64,000 bases of DNA from a virus. Its lineage: Duplodnaviria; Caudoviricetes. Shown piece after piece: positions 48,301 to 56,306 of this stretch. The notes under the pieces were generated by a model. It was not told where the DNA came from. It did no database searches and saw nothing but the letters and a program-made list of their open reading frames with translations. Location of the stretch: positions 1 through 64,000 of IMG/VR virus record IMGVR_UViG_3300028048_000086. One strand, given 5' to 3'. How positions within the stretch are numbered: position 1 is the first letter of the stretch; every line of letters begins with the position of its first letter. The position numbers were made by a program, and so were the translations under genes.

Positions 48301-48339
48301 GACGTACGCAGCTACGCTGTCTCCTTCGTATATGCTCAT
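39319..48339 (-). CDS. Giant virion protein: DEDDh exonuclease domain plus putative single-chain two-barrel RNA polymerase
   Basis: Exonuclease motifs WDLETLG (D164/E166), GHNTEVFD (D338), HNAKED (H439/D444). Beta'-like GKDG (2229), RQP (2352) and GDFDSD (D2390). Weaker beta-like DEGAG (1461) and K1624/K1631. C-terminal hydrophobic segment ILAGAIGIAGGLL. Confidence 0.7.
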   Translation of the reverse strand: MSIYEGDSVAAYVRGQAEIREKNRRVHQQVTREVNDIDSLSAEEKNALIDDYLRKMDSDALSTRIAPIFTGRIQTVSKYGEGGHIGVPIQALTSSDKALISQVVKNAYGKLTPDTFIEAVTSPKNQTPRLFYQRILNNVAQTPATAYQGIANILKHNGESVLWDLETLGATYDEGGRKLGQFITEFSFSHVQGDIANNAFDASTGIKHTYGSIIGINDDMRKRIEDISRRYFSGQEITNDEKVTLNRLALAGNEKTKLNTSRASEGIFTFDNFAEQEDIRFSKEEVEKGLKLYTDIYRQQEATAVDGVRGWEKELLSGLHTIVDNDLTAIGHNTEVFDIRNLSYFATSPYMSDKAKEEVNQLFGGSAIKFNHVFDDLHVERAAVGNSSEFYRNLFKGHEDLLPQQMKWMREAGKTPLTQEALLHAFELINGSKVQNGAHNAKEDAIGTATLVYRTGLFNPNDPNSLINQLPKDADRLSANGTEVFYANRSGYRQDGILTFVGDPMNGTIRTSDAVSITGTGAKEELFQQTGERRRGLYILQGNGRIDRDNPLYQSIIEAHPELDFGSLDFIHLTPYSDSETIGANSDVWKFGTPHNIGLSLSHMSYAGHINENGEYVINDLKKEERNALRLYSTDSKGKVEIIDPTAEGLKAQSTLAFDNDAAARAARELDATKDAGLLRYISDMDEEIPKVYGPIQGLPEDTPHMVAAAGSDLEVYRRKYTQEMMDRTIRTATEIANNPKYKPSAKSFEDTLYKYFGWESDGIMHMYSNTASNMTQLEDYGRRNFGLIQAALDFAKKQSGTDNTRDKSFKIYYRYARQALQEQAVLQANEGVTKLSKLNNAPIGWRRGYRVASEMENIFEVDLNGFNGIKAPEGRIKAFKLHGGEWGMATTLLKEMGYDDRQIQSFTPENQVKILGDFQKFLVDKHVIEEDKDYAVDLANDSTDIATSKILHGFEQAREKDPTKGFLSPIGTYDVVNSKEKNQGLSKKTIEETLDRIGKNKLGIIPFSYSKDNPKLAKQKFENATNKIADNIVDKILFNTGFAHEDSEDFVKNLMAQGYSKESAELMQRGQQIKRANTREVVHDLVRGIYENGGAIGYNEETGKIWGYNSINDFKAGKSQELFFTKERYEDGAFFIRQGKNNTRRVDPIGLFNLYDRGSREKKLQVNSLWGKAAGNVGASLHTDFLERKAGENELLGGVNYILSKFNATWRDFSTSLDKNKQDRLTSQSFYAGDIVQKLGELSNTKAFQEFEGTGSDTDNILKELMDKSHEAYMKDGTELYDGKRLSDLTMAQVVAIQEHGSLFEDAIQEVINNGSPNADVYSKIRGFTRHLGTHSSKGFYRIYQENQNVGENAHVGANGIEYKKARASYFRASEDTLKYLDSIGGMAGDLIRTVGESARNEEIGKSIGYKVENSFIGRRLSTSTRDFQILVDKGANALALSLSARESAEFTRISSIMTDEGAGAITSRAADAMLSYRYYEQQVDVDKVRAVESNARDVVMKRSNLGDATPELELDSEGNVHFHSNNGVFRKKDEKLFSVLGAYDEGEKPVLAKSNGFLRLGIFQDRMRLSDERVSEIINENLDKIDTSREGWQERVWNLFNSNNTYKARYFLEDMDMSGNIKVSDNNEKTMGRVIMNGLGQKDRKVAKVLTEFKATNLIGREVTADFITELMNPPKDLSKTKFGIALNAMTDGGWNDKRIRETIGKTFSSIEEFANAMMTERHGATDLLERVMTASGALQEGQHIWGVMNNYSGQIKHGDPTAFSSMFYAMKDRGMSNQEILREMKKVRPDLELDEKTGTFTLSHGSIDWDAYDEIAHKYFKSEGPEKYFELSKGGKKVTGYIEQLDNGYYRKFDMEGKEVSTGKTVDELLGKDDYAREIHSFEKVQRLNDEEAKKYGQRYLYSNTALSRGGQLQNLDMLRITTKDTARQNKKPEKLDERIMTNVFANRINEDYVNTIQQRLVHSLGEEKGNELYERFVKGTKAGDNIDQSLVDTIKAHQFYTDGEDRIYDKTLEERKEEFAPQYKQLTEESQKARQRLVDEGMTGEQIDSVIGTMKKAGATKITADKVLAQNMAFSFSVARKFNQKKNTLTVDDMQKFGFNVVSLKDLNTQARASGMEEFTNQLYGRPLLIDLHDDKLPEEAQIYGKRSNRYLALPFTKDIFEREDGTLSPGILTGDIASLLRQYRDYSDNYEQNADVKGAREKALGKIQESIDQFVGHVSQLTTGKDGVVKKASNAYFQDGVIRATAQGHDFAGGVTENGEWRSLDGNFSQLEWQGVNLSKMADVGRKDASKALNFSYAVVGNNAAKAIYNDDYFMELTGGNADLATKLKKATLEEVKTTGTLSDILRQPAQQNTSIAASALYVNDTVGDDELLVGVRGWMQKKGDFDSDKGDALVVRSGATINIGEKKIHTDSLDYAGYKALKKMEGVSVELDDGGKAFRDAIGSTIHTAATFNQFDDRRDASPRMDDLDTHSVRDATYDGRHSVDFDRVYTPEEEKKYSKLNEKLNEAFAPIAEEKGLEKGSTDYLRAMSDYVRTSGKYTEDTQKDLLESMHYAKTSALINQKIEADASKLAAGSLNTSIFEWMRTMANLEGNRDTHGYLNLATTTVAAIQEATLTGKSEKHGDLTRSEELSKLNSRIYGVMNRRGRGEEVSDVANEAREMYYNLLSTRTGKELARLPSNVLDKDTPIYEKAKDFYLWKLGQDAAANAEEIASVNRGEITNGMKAAMGAQLVHDAVETMTSPNSANFRAAMRVGISKNGLNPDYDQYKIEGGSSESLITSTEEMVNQQAKSMGVDSKIYEDALAPQNRSSAADIRTEKAREAADVIRQNSDNALKRREEIEEAAVRASTHRVAKAIKGIAGMTEHVGNPILAGAIGIAGGLLTSGYVSGPMNSTSDHGPADQAQSGQSDESQVAQMQQAPSLSDANLNVMRGGPNSGYVINVNATSPQGQQKAVEAIQNAASGMTPQNGSVNITMSSTIGSTASQYHINRMVSNAIGMSS

Positions 48340-48364
48340 GGAATAAACTCCTTATCTATATAAA

Positions 48365-48392
48365 TGAAAAAGTCTAACCGTTACACTTTTTC
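48365..48392. promoter_or_regulatory. Palindromic site GAAAAAGTCTAAC-C-GTTACACTTTTTC (copy 2)
   Basis: 13-bp arms with one mismatch, ~26 nt upstream of the ATG of the 3006-aa gene; shares 19 bp with copy 1. Confidence 0.55.
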
Positions 48393-48421
48393 GAAATGAC
48401 TTCTACTACGTAGATTACCCG

Positions 48422-48451
48422 AAAAAATTTCCCGCTTAAATAAAGCGGGAA
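48422..48451 (-). terminator. Rho-independent terminator after the 2190-aa gene
   Basis: Stem TTCCCGCTT/AAGCGGGAA followed by ATTTTTT on the minus strand. Confidence 0.7.
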
Positions 48452-48459
48452 GCACGAAC

Positions 48460-51400
48460 TTAATTCGCTTGCATCTGAAGACTTTGATTAACACGTTCCT
48501 GGACATCTTTCATTCCGAGCATCGTCTTAATCGATGCTTTTATCGAAGTAGCTCCGCCGGATTGGCCGGCCTCGACGGAGATATCAACGTTCTTCAAGCC
48601 TTGTCCTTTTAGTATCTTTTCGATACGGTTTTTGACGGTCGTAGAATTATGATCTTGCTTATGTATATCCTGAATCCGAGGAGCATTCGCTACTTCCGGT
48701 TTATCCAGCTCAGATTCATAGAATCCGAAATCGCCTAATTGCAGTCCTTGATTCACAACACTCTGGACTTCAGAATTCTTCAGGTCATACTGCGGAGCCC
48801 ATCCAGCCCAGTTTTCCTGTGGAAGAGCATGCTTCTTGAAATATGTTTCGTTATCTACTTGCTTATCTTCTTTCATGCCCCAAGCCATTTTGAGGGCCCG
48901 ATTCAAGAACGGAGATACTTTATTCAGGATTTCCTCTCGACGAGATTTATTACGCTCCTTGACAAATTCCATGAAATACTCGCGGTCTGTCTGCGGAAGT
49001 GCCGTGATAATCTGTGACCACGTAGCATCTTCTTTTAAGCCGTACATCGTATTTTCTGCCGCTTGCTTATAAAGCAGGGCAGTACGTGTCCATTTACCAC
49101 CTGGAACAACGAGTTTTTCTCCTTCGAGGTCGTTGATACGGCTCGTGAGCATACTCGTCAGACGATCTCTTTCTTCACTTTCAGGAGCAGAACGAACAAG
49201 ATCTTTTTTAAGAGACTGGAAGTGTTTAATCGCGAGACGATTCTGTTTGGTCGCTTCTTCTCGACGTTCGATGACATCTTCGATATCGACGTCTTCTTCA
49301 TCTTTCGCTTTTTTGGCGGCTTTCTTGTAGAGCCCCATGAACTTGAGATATGTCAGGCGATCATAGTAATCCTGCATCTCCCATTTCTTTTTCGTTCTTT
49401 GAGGTACCCATTCGCCGTTTGGATTCGTAGCCGTACGATATAATGCGCCTACGGCAGCACCTATCAAAGCACCCTTGCCTCGGCTCTTCTTAAAGAAACG
49501 AGCAACTTCTTGCCCGACATTCGCCGCAGAAAGTGTTTCATCGGCGTAACTATTGCCTCCTGTAAGAGCGTGGCCTAACGTAGAAATCGCACTTCCATGA
49601 CGAGCCCATTCCATGGCTTTCTTGGAGTTACCGAGATACAGTAGCTGAGATAAAGCCGCTCCGATAAATGCACCTCGATCAGAAAGAAGATAAGCCGCTC
49701 CGATTCCGTGACGCATGCCAGGAGATAACCCTTCAATTTCTTCTGAAATACGATAAGCTCCACCGATCAATCCCGTAAAAGCTGAGCGATCATGGAAAGA
49801 ACGCTCCAATGCAGGACGCAAGAACGTCTCAATTGGATGAGACCAAGTCTGATAAGGAGTGCCGTAAACTTGCTCTGCTTCATAAGATTCTAGCGGAGAA
49901 CGAACTCTCAAGAACTGGTCAGAGATCCACGGGAGATCCAGGTGAGCGATAAATTCAGAAGCGTAGGCTACACCTTTTTGAACGACGCCCATATCGCCAA
50001 GAACTGCCGGGGTGCTATTATCGCTTTTACGAATCGCGGCATCGCCGGCGGAAATCATCTGCTTTCCGACATTTTGTCCGTCGATGTAAACAGCTGCGTT
50101 GATACTACCGATAGAATCATTGTTCGTCTGATTATCCGAATCTTCGTCAACGGCAACAGTAACTGTTTGACCAACGTGAATATATCTACCGAGAACATCC
50201 TTCATGGATTCATTCGGATTTCCTCGGACACTCGCACCGGCAATCTTGAAGATAGAGTTGCCACTACGGAACTTGCCGTATCCAAGAACTTCAGAAACGA
50301 CGACATTCTTATACTGTAATCCGTGTCCTACGACTTTATAATCGTAGAAATCATGTTGCTTGCCTTGCTGGTTAACTCTCTGACGAATCTCGCTCATCTC
50401 ATCGATGAGTTCAGGATCCGTAACAGTCTTCTTAGCGATGTCTCTCCACATCTTATATTCAGGAGAAAAAGGAGCGATATCCGCTAGAATTTTCATTCTA
50501 TCAAAAGCACCGTATTTTCCTCCGAATTGATCAGGGTGCAGTTGATTCAGACTTTCGTATCCTTTACCAGGTAAACGCATTTCTCCTTTCGGCACGGCCG
50601 TAAACGGATCACCATAGCGGAAACGATCTGGGAGCCAATCAGGCATCTCATTCATGAGAGGATTGATACGAGTATTACGTCGATAATCAGGAATAAAACG
50701 ACGCATGATTTCTGCGGCTGGGCCGCCGAGACCGCCGAGATTCTCATCCCAAAAAGTACGGCTAAATGAAGTGATGTCTTGTCCCGTCGCGATACGTTTC
50801 TTATTATCGACACCGAACCCGGTAGCCTCGCCGACACCATAACCGTAAATACCAGCTATTAAGCGCCAAGAAACTGCCGCATTCTGAACGAACGAAGAAC
50901 CTTTACCTTGATTAATCAGATCCGTAACAGTATCAGGATCATTTAATAAGTTCATGGCGTCGACTGGACGATAGTTTTTGAGTTTCAGCCCCTGAGCCAT
51001 TCCTTCTTCCGCATCGATTTCGTCCTGAGACATCGTGCGAACGTTCTTTCCGGCCTTCGCTTTCGTAGCATCATTCATTTGACGAAGCCAATTTGCCGGA
51101 TTATGATCTCTCAGTATATTTTCGAGGTCTTCTTTAATACCGAGAGTATCGCCTTTCGTTAAACGATTAATCTCTAGACGATCTGCGTCATATAGATGTC
51201 GAGCATTTTTATTTACCGGTTGCCCATCTTTATCAGCGACGTAAGAATCTTTCCCGTCAGCTTTCTGAACGACGTAATTCTGTTGGTTCGGGACTGGGCC
51301 TCCGAAAACAGCGTAATCAATCGCTTCTTTCCAACCGATATGATTATTCTGGTTAACCGTTTCAAGAGCATCAGCAGCTGATTTTCCTCCCGTGAGAGAA

Positions 51401-54400
51401 ATGCCGCCTATCGTTCCTCCCGCTCCGGAACCAGAACCTAAGCCGAAACCGCCTTCTCCGTTCGGCGCTCCAGTAGCCCCGATATTCGGTCCGCCATTTC
51501 CATAACGAGTGCCAAGTAATTGGCCATTCTTAAATTGGACCGAAAGAACGTTTGTGTCATCCGTAGGATGATCATAAGGAACGAAGTTAATCGGGTCGAA
51601 GTTGCTTCCACCGATCTGGATATAATTTTCTCCGGCGAGATCTCTTGCTTTCTGCTTCGTATATTCATTGATTCCATGAAGCAGTGAAAGAGGATCGATG
51701 CCATTGACATTTCGATAGTCAATATCCGTAAACGGAATCGTATGAAGACTCTTTTGAGGTTTTATCAGCTCTCCGATCGTAGGATTCAGTATCGCGCCCC
51801 ACGGAGTACCATCGGCGAACATATGACCCGTTAATTCGTACGGGCGGTCGTCTTTATGTTTTTCTTCTAACCAATAAGGATCTAGGATTCCGAGAATCGG
51901 AGAAAATGGATTCGTCGGAGTAGGCAAGAGTGAATGTGACCACTTATCAAAGTATCCATCATAAAGAGATTTATCTTCGTAGTCTGATTGAATACGACGA
52001 ACGAAAGTGGGCTCGAAATACTGGATCGCGCCGCCACGAGCTTCATTGACGCCGCCAAATGTCCACCAAGCGCCCTTGCGAACCGGCGTATATCCTGACT
52101 CGTACCATTTACGGCGCTCATCCGCGCTCTGGAATTCATCATGATCTCCCCAGTACTGCATAATCGGATTAATCGATTTTTCACCTTTCATCCAATCCGT
52201 AATACCGAAGGTATCCATCAATTTACGTGAAGCAATATCGACGTTCGCTACACCTTGAGCGGCAGCGCCGGTAATCGACATTCCGGTAACTTCCTGAGAA
52301 GTATCATCTGCCCATTCATAATACGTAGCGGCAACGCCGATCGGGATCACACGCTTCAGCATAATAGCCGATGCTAGATCGGCGGTAGACCCCATATTAT
52401 CTTTCGAAAAGCCTAAACCGACTTTATTCATTTCATCGGAGAGGCGAGAAAGCATAAAGTATGGAATCTGCGTATATTCCGATACGCTTTCCATGCTATC
52501 GCGGCCTGCGTAGAACTGTTTGAAAAACTGTTTGACGTTCGCTTTCGTTTTCGTCCAGCTATTAAGGTCGTTCAGCATATCTAGCGGGCCCATCGCGTCA
52601 CGCATTGTGACCCATGAGTTATATCCGATAGGATTGCCGATTTCGTCCGGCTTTTCGTAGACCGTATCCGTAAAATGGGAATTCTCTTTTCTCATGTTAC
52701 GGACTTCGCTGCGAAGTGTACTAGTTAGCTCATCATCTCCTACGAAGATATCATGAGCTCTTTCGACTGCTTGCCAACCTTCGCCGATACTATTAGAACC
52801 ATCATCTTCGCCGATATCGCGGCCGAGATTCACCATATCATCGAAATATGATGTCATTGCTGAACGCTTTGCATTAATTTCTTCTACGCCACTGAGATCA
52901 GCTTTTTTAATTAAATCCAGCGCTTGCTGAAAATCTGGCAAATCCGTATCAGGAACTCTGGAAGCACTCTCTTTCGCGAAAGCTTCACGAGTTAGCACGG
53001 TACGAAGATATTCATCGACTGTTTCGGTAGCGTTCCCGGTATCTGTACCGACGATATCATTGATAGAAGAACCGACCCTCGTATTTGAGCGAGAGTTCTT
53101 TTGTTTGACGATCTCGAAAACAGAACGAGGATTCGTCTGAAGACGGTTCGACACATCTTTCAGTTCTGAATCAGAAATATAATCGAGATCCGCGTTCTTT
53201 ATGAAATCGATAAGCTCTTCATGATTTGCCGACTGTAATGCTTCGAAAATCCTTTTCGCGTCTTTATTCTCGGCAGCTGCCGCGAGTTTGCCGGCAGATT
53301 CTCTCGTAACTCCATACGTATTATCATGCATGAAATCACGAATCGTTTTGACTTTGAAGAGCTCTCCGAGACGAGTCTCTCGTTGCTCTGCTGTTTCTCT
53401 TTGATAGCTTCCTCCAAAAGCATCGATGGTATCATGAAGGGTATTCAGCTCTTCATTCGTGGCATCAGTATATGAATCGATAATATTGCCGAAGTAATCC
53501 TCAGAATCGTATTTATTGGCCATTGCCTTGATACGTTCCAAGGAAGAATTCATACCGGAGAATTCATCGCGGTCTTGTCCGATATCGAAGAATCGTAAAA
53601 TACGATTATCGTTTCGTTTATATCGGACATCGCCTGCCATCTGCTTCAAGATATTCTTGCGGGCTCCGTATTCGCCGGAAGCCATATGCGTTCGGATACC
53701 GCGAAGTTCTTCTATTTCTTCTAGGCCGTTCTCGGTAAATCTGAAATAACGAGAACTGGTATGAAAAATCGTAGAATCTAGCTGTGAACTACCGTGATTT
53801 TCTTTATTGTTCGTCAAAGCGGCGAGGACTGGGTCATAGGAGCCTTTGAATTCTAGAGAAAACTTCGGAGCAAAGCGAGCGTATTCAAAATCTCTCGCTT
53901 TCAAAACTTTGCCGGGGAGGGTGTCGGCAACACCTTTTATTAGCGAGTCAACGAATTTACGAGAGCCTTCTTTGGAATAGATATTTCCGTTCGCGTCTTT
54001 TCCGAGGCCACCGACATCCGCCGTGATATTTAAGAAGCGCTCTTCGAAATTCGTTCCTTTCTGAGCATCGATGCGGGCATAGAATTTCCGCATATCTTCC
54101 ATATCTTGAATCGGATCGAATTTCTTTGCCGCGTGATGCGCTCCGCCAGTTTTGTACGTCGATACTTCGATTTTATCTTTATTTTTTAGGAGGTCTCTGA
54201 CCGTGACTTCGTTCTGCCCTTGGATGAGGTCAACGAGTTTCCCGAAAGCGCCTTTCTTTCTCGTCGCTGTTCCGAAGATCTCTTCCATTTCGTCAAGAGA
54301 AGCCATTTCTTTCATCAGAAATTTATTCTGGCGTCTCCAATCAAGCATGAAAGGCGTACGATGTTCTTTTGAGTACGCCTTCATATCGTTTACGAGCATC

Positions 54401-55032
54401 TGGGCAAAGTCTTTCTGAGTCCCCGTAAAGCCAGCTCGTTTTATTTGCTCATTTACGATGTTTTCTTTGTGAACACCTGAAGCAACATTGCTGATAAAAG
54501 AACGAAATCTCTGCGCTTCGTTCGCATCCATCCTGGAAGCCTGAACGCCAGCTTCGAGATTTTCTGCCGCATGATTAATTAGTCTCTGCGTCCATGCACT
54601 CCCGGCATCGGAAATACCTTCTGTATTCCGCATCGTGCGTATCTGACGCAAATGACTAAAGAGAGAACGAGATTCTTCAGGGTTCAAGCGAACTTTGCCA
54701 CGCGCTGTTTCAGCCGCTTCTTTATATGCTGCTTCCGCTGTTTTACGTAGTCCTCTTACGTCGTCAATCGTCCAGTCTTCCATGGCTTTTGAAAAACTGG
54801 AATTCGTCGCCATTCGACGAGCGAACGTCGCACCAAAATTAAGCCCCCGTTCAGCAACGGAGGCTAATCCAGTACGTCTAGCGAGCATCTTACCTGTCTT
54901 CCAAGCAATCGCGGCTCCAACGCTTTTACCTAGGAAACTCAGATATGGATTCTCTCCACTCTGACGTTCGTTCATTTCTCTTTGACGGCGGCGCTGCTCT
55001 TCAGCGGCTAATTGTTTATCTTCGTCTGCCAA
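48460..55032 (-). CDS. Tape measure-like giant protein with degenerate SNase-like region
   Basis: 2190 aa, TTG start; immediately downstream of the tail chaperones (canonical tape-measure position); helical with Ala/Gly-rich hydrophobic stretches; VVSEVLGYG...FKIAG...AAVYIDGQNVGKQMISAG resembles the SNase OB fold. Confidence 0.6.
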   Translation of the reverse strand: MADEDKQLAAEEQRRRQREMNERQSGENPYLSFLGKSVGAAIAWKTGKMLARRTGLASVAERGLNFGATFARRMATNSSFSKAMEDWTIDDVRGLRKTAEAAYKEAAETARGKVRLNPEESRSLFSHLRQIRTMRNTEGISDAGSAWTQRLINHAAENLEAGVQASRMDANEAQRFRSFISNVASGVHKENIVNEQIKRAGFTGTQKDFAQMLVNDMKAYSKEHRTPFMLDWRRQNKFLMKEMASLDEMEEIFGTATRKKGAFGKLVDLIQGQNEVTVRDLLKNKDKIEVSTYKTGGAHHAAKKFDPIQDMEDMRKFYARIDAQKGTNFEERFLNITADVGGLGKDANGNIYSKEGSRKFVDSLIKGVADTLPGKVLKARDFEYARFAPKFSLEFKGSYDPVLAALTNNKENHGSSQLDSTIFHTSSRYFRFTENGLEEIEELRGIRTHMASGEYGARKNILKQMAGDVRYKRNDNRILRFFDIGQDRDEFSGMNSSLERIKAMANKYDSEDYFGNIIDSYTDATNEELNTLHDTIDAFGGSYQRETAEQRETRLGELFKVKTIRDFMHDNTYGVTRESAGKLAAAAENKDAKRIFEALQSANHEELIDFIKNADLDYISDSELKDVSNRLQTNPRSVFEIVKQKNSRSNTRVGSSINDIVGTDTGNATETVDEYLRTVLTREAFAKESASRVPDTDLPDFQQALDLIKKADLSGVEEINAKRSAMTSYFDDMVNLGRDIGEDDGSNSIGEGWQAVERAHDIFVGDDELTSTLRSEVRNMRKENSHFTDTVYEKPDEIGNPIGYNSWVTMRDAMGPLDMLNDLNSWTKTKANVKQFFKQFYAGRDSMESVSEYTQIPYFMLSRLSDEMNKVGLGFSKDNMGSTADLASAIMLKRVIPIGVAATYYEWADDTSQEVTGMSITGAAAQGVANVDIASRKLMDTFGITDWMKGEKSINPIMQYWGDHDEFQSADERRKWYESGYTPVRKGAWWTFGGVNEARGGAIQYFEPTFVRRIQSDYEDKSLYDGYFDKWSHSLLPTPTNPFSPILGILDPYWLEEKHKDDRPYELTGHMFADGTPWGAILNPTIGELIKPQKSLHTIPFTDIDYRNVNGIDPLSLLHGINEYTKQKARDLAGENYIQIGGSNFDPINFVPYDHPTDDTNVLSVQFKNGQLLGTRYGNGGPNIGATGAPNGEGGFGLGSGSGAGGTIGGISLTGGKSAADALETVNQNNHIGWKEAIDYAVFGGPVPNQQNYVVQKADGKDSYVADKDGQPVNKNARHLYDADRLEINRLTKGDTLGIKEDLENILRDHNPANWLRQMNDATKAKAGKNVRTMSQDEIDAEEGMAQGLKLKNYRPVDAMNLLNDPDTVTDLINQGKGSSFVQNAAVSWRLIAGIYGYGVGEATGFGVDNKKRIATGQDITSFSRTFWDENLGGLGGPAAEIMRRFIPDYRRNTRINPLMNEMPDWLPDRFRYGDPFTAVPKGEMRLPGKGYESLNQLHPDQFGGKYGAFDRMKILADIAPFSPEYKMWRDIAKKTVTDPELIDEMSEIRQRVNQQGKQHDFYDYKVVGHGLQYKNVVVSEVLGYGKFRSGNSIFKIAGASVRGNPNESMKDVLGRYIHVGQTVTVAVDEDSDNQTNNDSIGSINAAVYIDGQNVGKQMISAGDAAIRKSDNSTPAVLGDMGVVQKGVAYASEFIAHLDLPWISDQFLRVRSPLESYEAEQVYGTPYQTWSHPIETFLRPALERSFHDRSAFTGLIGGAYRISEEIEGLSPGMRHGIGAAYLLSDRGAFIGAALSQLLYLGNSKKAMEWARHGSAISTLGHALTGGNSYADETLSAANVGQEVARFFKKSRGKGALIGAAVGALYRTATNPNGEWVPQRTKKKWEMQDYYDRLTYLKFMGLYKKAAKKAKDEEDVDIEDVIERREEATKQNRLAIKHFQSLKKDLVRSAPESEERDRLTSMLTSRINDLEGEKLVVPGGKWTRTALLYKQAAENTMYGLKEDATWSQIITALPQTDREYFMEFVKERNKSRREEILNKVSPFLNRALKMAWGMKEDKQVDNETYFKKHALPQENWAGWAPQYDLKNSEVQSVVNQGLQLGDFGFYESELDKPEVANAPRIQDIHKQDHNSTTVKNRIEKILKGQGLKNVDISVEAGQSGGATSIKASIKTMLGMKDVQERVNQSLQMQAN

Positions 55033-55054
55033 GGAAGTGCCACCTTTCTATTTT

Positions 55055-55879
55055 TTAATACCAGCCTGGACGCAGTGCTGGCGGACGATCATCAACATCA
55101 TCCTGCGCAAGTCCGTCGATGCCATGTTCCATAACATCATCGTGAGCGAATTCCGGGAACTTCTTCAAGAATTCCTCACGCTCTTTCATTTTGTCGAGAG
55201 TAAGCTTGGCCCCTTTGTCTCTCTTGTTGTCCCGAGAAACTGTTCCATCGTCAGCCTTCTTGTCAGCTTTCTTTGATCGATTCCGAACTTCGGAACGCTC
55301 AGCTTCTTTTTCTTCGAGGTTTTCTTCGCCATAGAACTGTCCTTCCGGCTCCTTGAATTCTAGCCCATGCAGATTATGAAGTTTCCATTCCGCACGAGAT
55401 AGATACTTCGTTGTCTTCTCGACATCCCATTTTTCGATTTCTTCGATATCATAGTTCGGGAATGCCTCGTTAATAATGCAAGTGATCTGATTGTCGAGAT
55501 CATACATTTCTGAACGATAATAGTCATGGAGACTGCGGCGACGGGCCAGGTCATCTAAGAAAGAGTCCTTCAGAATTTCCTGTTTTAGCTGAGAGGGAAG
55601 ACCAGCTTCCTTATCATCCCAATCATATTCATCCGGATCCGGGTAGAGCATGCACTGAGAACACATGAGCTCTTCTTTCTGATAATCGTTGAAACGAGAA
55701 TCTTGAAGAATCTCCCGAAACTCGGCGCGGCCAAGTGCTCGGTAGATAAATGTTTGACCATCAATTTCTGTGACGAAAACATTGCGATATTTCTGGCTAA
55801 ACTCGATGAATAGCTTGGTGATATCTACTGGCTCTTTTGCTTCTTCGACAGCTTTTTTGATTTGAATCTTATTCCTCAT
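55055..55879 (-). CDS. Tail assembly chaperone (long paralogue)
   Basis: N-terminal half aligns with 55889..56251 (FIYRALGRAEF / IIYRPIRRSEY; CMLYP / AVLYP; AGLPSQL / AGLADNL); lies between the tube genes and the tape measure. Confidence 0.6.
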   Translation of the reverse strand: MRNKIQIKKAVEEAKEPVDITKLFIEFSQKYRNVFVTEIDGQTFIYRALGRAEFREILQDSRFNDYQKEELMCSQCMLYPDPDEYDWDDKEAGLPSQLKQEILKDSFLDDLARRRSLHDYYRSEMYDLDNQITCIINEAFPNYDIEEIEKWDVEKTTKYLSRAEWKLHNLHGLEFKEPEGQFYGEENLEEKEAERSEVRNRSKKADKKADDGTVSRDNKRDKGAKLTLDKMKEREEFLKKFPEFAHDDVMEHGIDGLAQDDVDDRPPALRPGWY

Positions 55880-55888
55880 AAGACATCA

Positions 55889-56251
55889 TCAGAGTTCCTT
55901 TGTTCTCTTAAGAGCACCGAAGCCAGAATGCGACATAATCTCTTCCGAGAGATTGTCGGCAAGGCCGGCAGCTGCTTCAAGTTCATCATCGATGTTTTCC
56001 GGATACAGAACTGCCGCACGGCAAATTTCCGTCTGACGATCCATGAGACGCTTTGCCCTCTTCGCGTCATCCTGCTCGTCTTCACGAGGAATTTCGGTAT
56101 CAATCATAATCTTCGAATATTCACTACGACGAATCGGACGATAGATAATTACGGTATCGCCATAACCCGTCTGATAGACATGTTTGAATTCATCCTTCCA
56201 GGAAGCGATGGTCTCTTCCGTAAGAAGCGTGCTCTCCAGTTTCTTGTTCAT
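55889..56251 (-). CDS. Tail assembly chaperone
   Basis: 120 aa; IASWKDEFKHVY...IYRP motif; position; GAGGAG RBS. Confidence 0.65.
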   Translation of the reverse strand: MNKKLESTLLTEETIASWKDEFKHVYQTGYGDTVIIYRPIRRSEYSKIMIDTEIPREDEQDDAKRAKRLMDRQTEICRAAVLYPENIDDELEAAAGLADNLSEEIMSHSGFGALKRTKEL

Positions 56252-56306
56252 GTAAATATATCCTCCTCTAGGAATGAGTAATTAGTTGTTTTTTACACTA
56301 TAAACA

